Of a stretch of 64,000 bases of DNA, positions 63,811 to 64,000 are shown in pieces (the first letter of the stretch is position 1; every line of letters starts with the position of its first letter). The notes beneath the pieces were generated by a model. That model had not been told where the DNA came from and made no database searches. It saw only the letters and a list, made by a program, of their open reading frames with translations. Position numbers and translations under genes: made by a program. Origin of the DNA: the human T2T-CHM13v2.0 reference genome, Homo sapiens; the NCBI RefSeq assembly GCF_009914755.1, contig NC_060947.1. The stretch is one strand, 5' to 3'.

Positions 63811-64000
63811 CCTGGAGCAAAAAATGAGTTCAGAATATACCCAAGCTGCCATTTGGTATGGGTTCTAGCATGCCTTAGGGAAGAGCTTATTCTCTGGAAT
63901 ATAACCCAACTCCCTGCCATTAGATTGAGAACTTCTTTGATAGCAAGAACTATATTATCTTACTCATTTTGGTTTCTTGATGCCTAGTGCAATGCTAGGT

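Overview
Human (primate) genomic DNA with no intact host protein-coding exon. It holds a CpG-island promoter and four non-coding 5'-UTR exons (~52.3-59.5 kb, + strand) that I recognise as probably PAK3 (Xq23), plus ordinary MIR, L2, L1, Alu, MST and Tigger1 repeats. The main observation is that most sequence between the transposons, from ~0.5 kb to ~63.8 kb, translates (with stops and frameshifts) into collinear relics of bornavirus N, M, G and especially L polymerase, in roughly 20 segments on both strands. At least seven segments cover the same L capping domain, some are nested inside others, and many are interrupted by MIR/L2, so they are very old. Exons 2-4 and the proximal promoter appear to be built on these viral relics. 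Caveat: all viral assignments are by-eye alignments to BoDV-1 proteins recalled from memory, residue numbers are approximate, and tblastn/HMM confirmation is needed.
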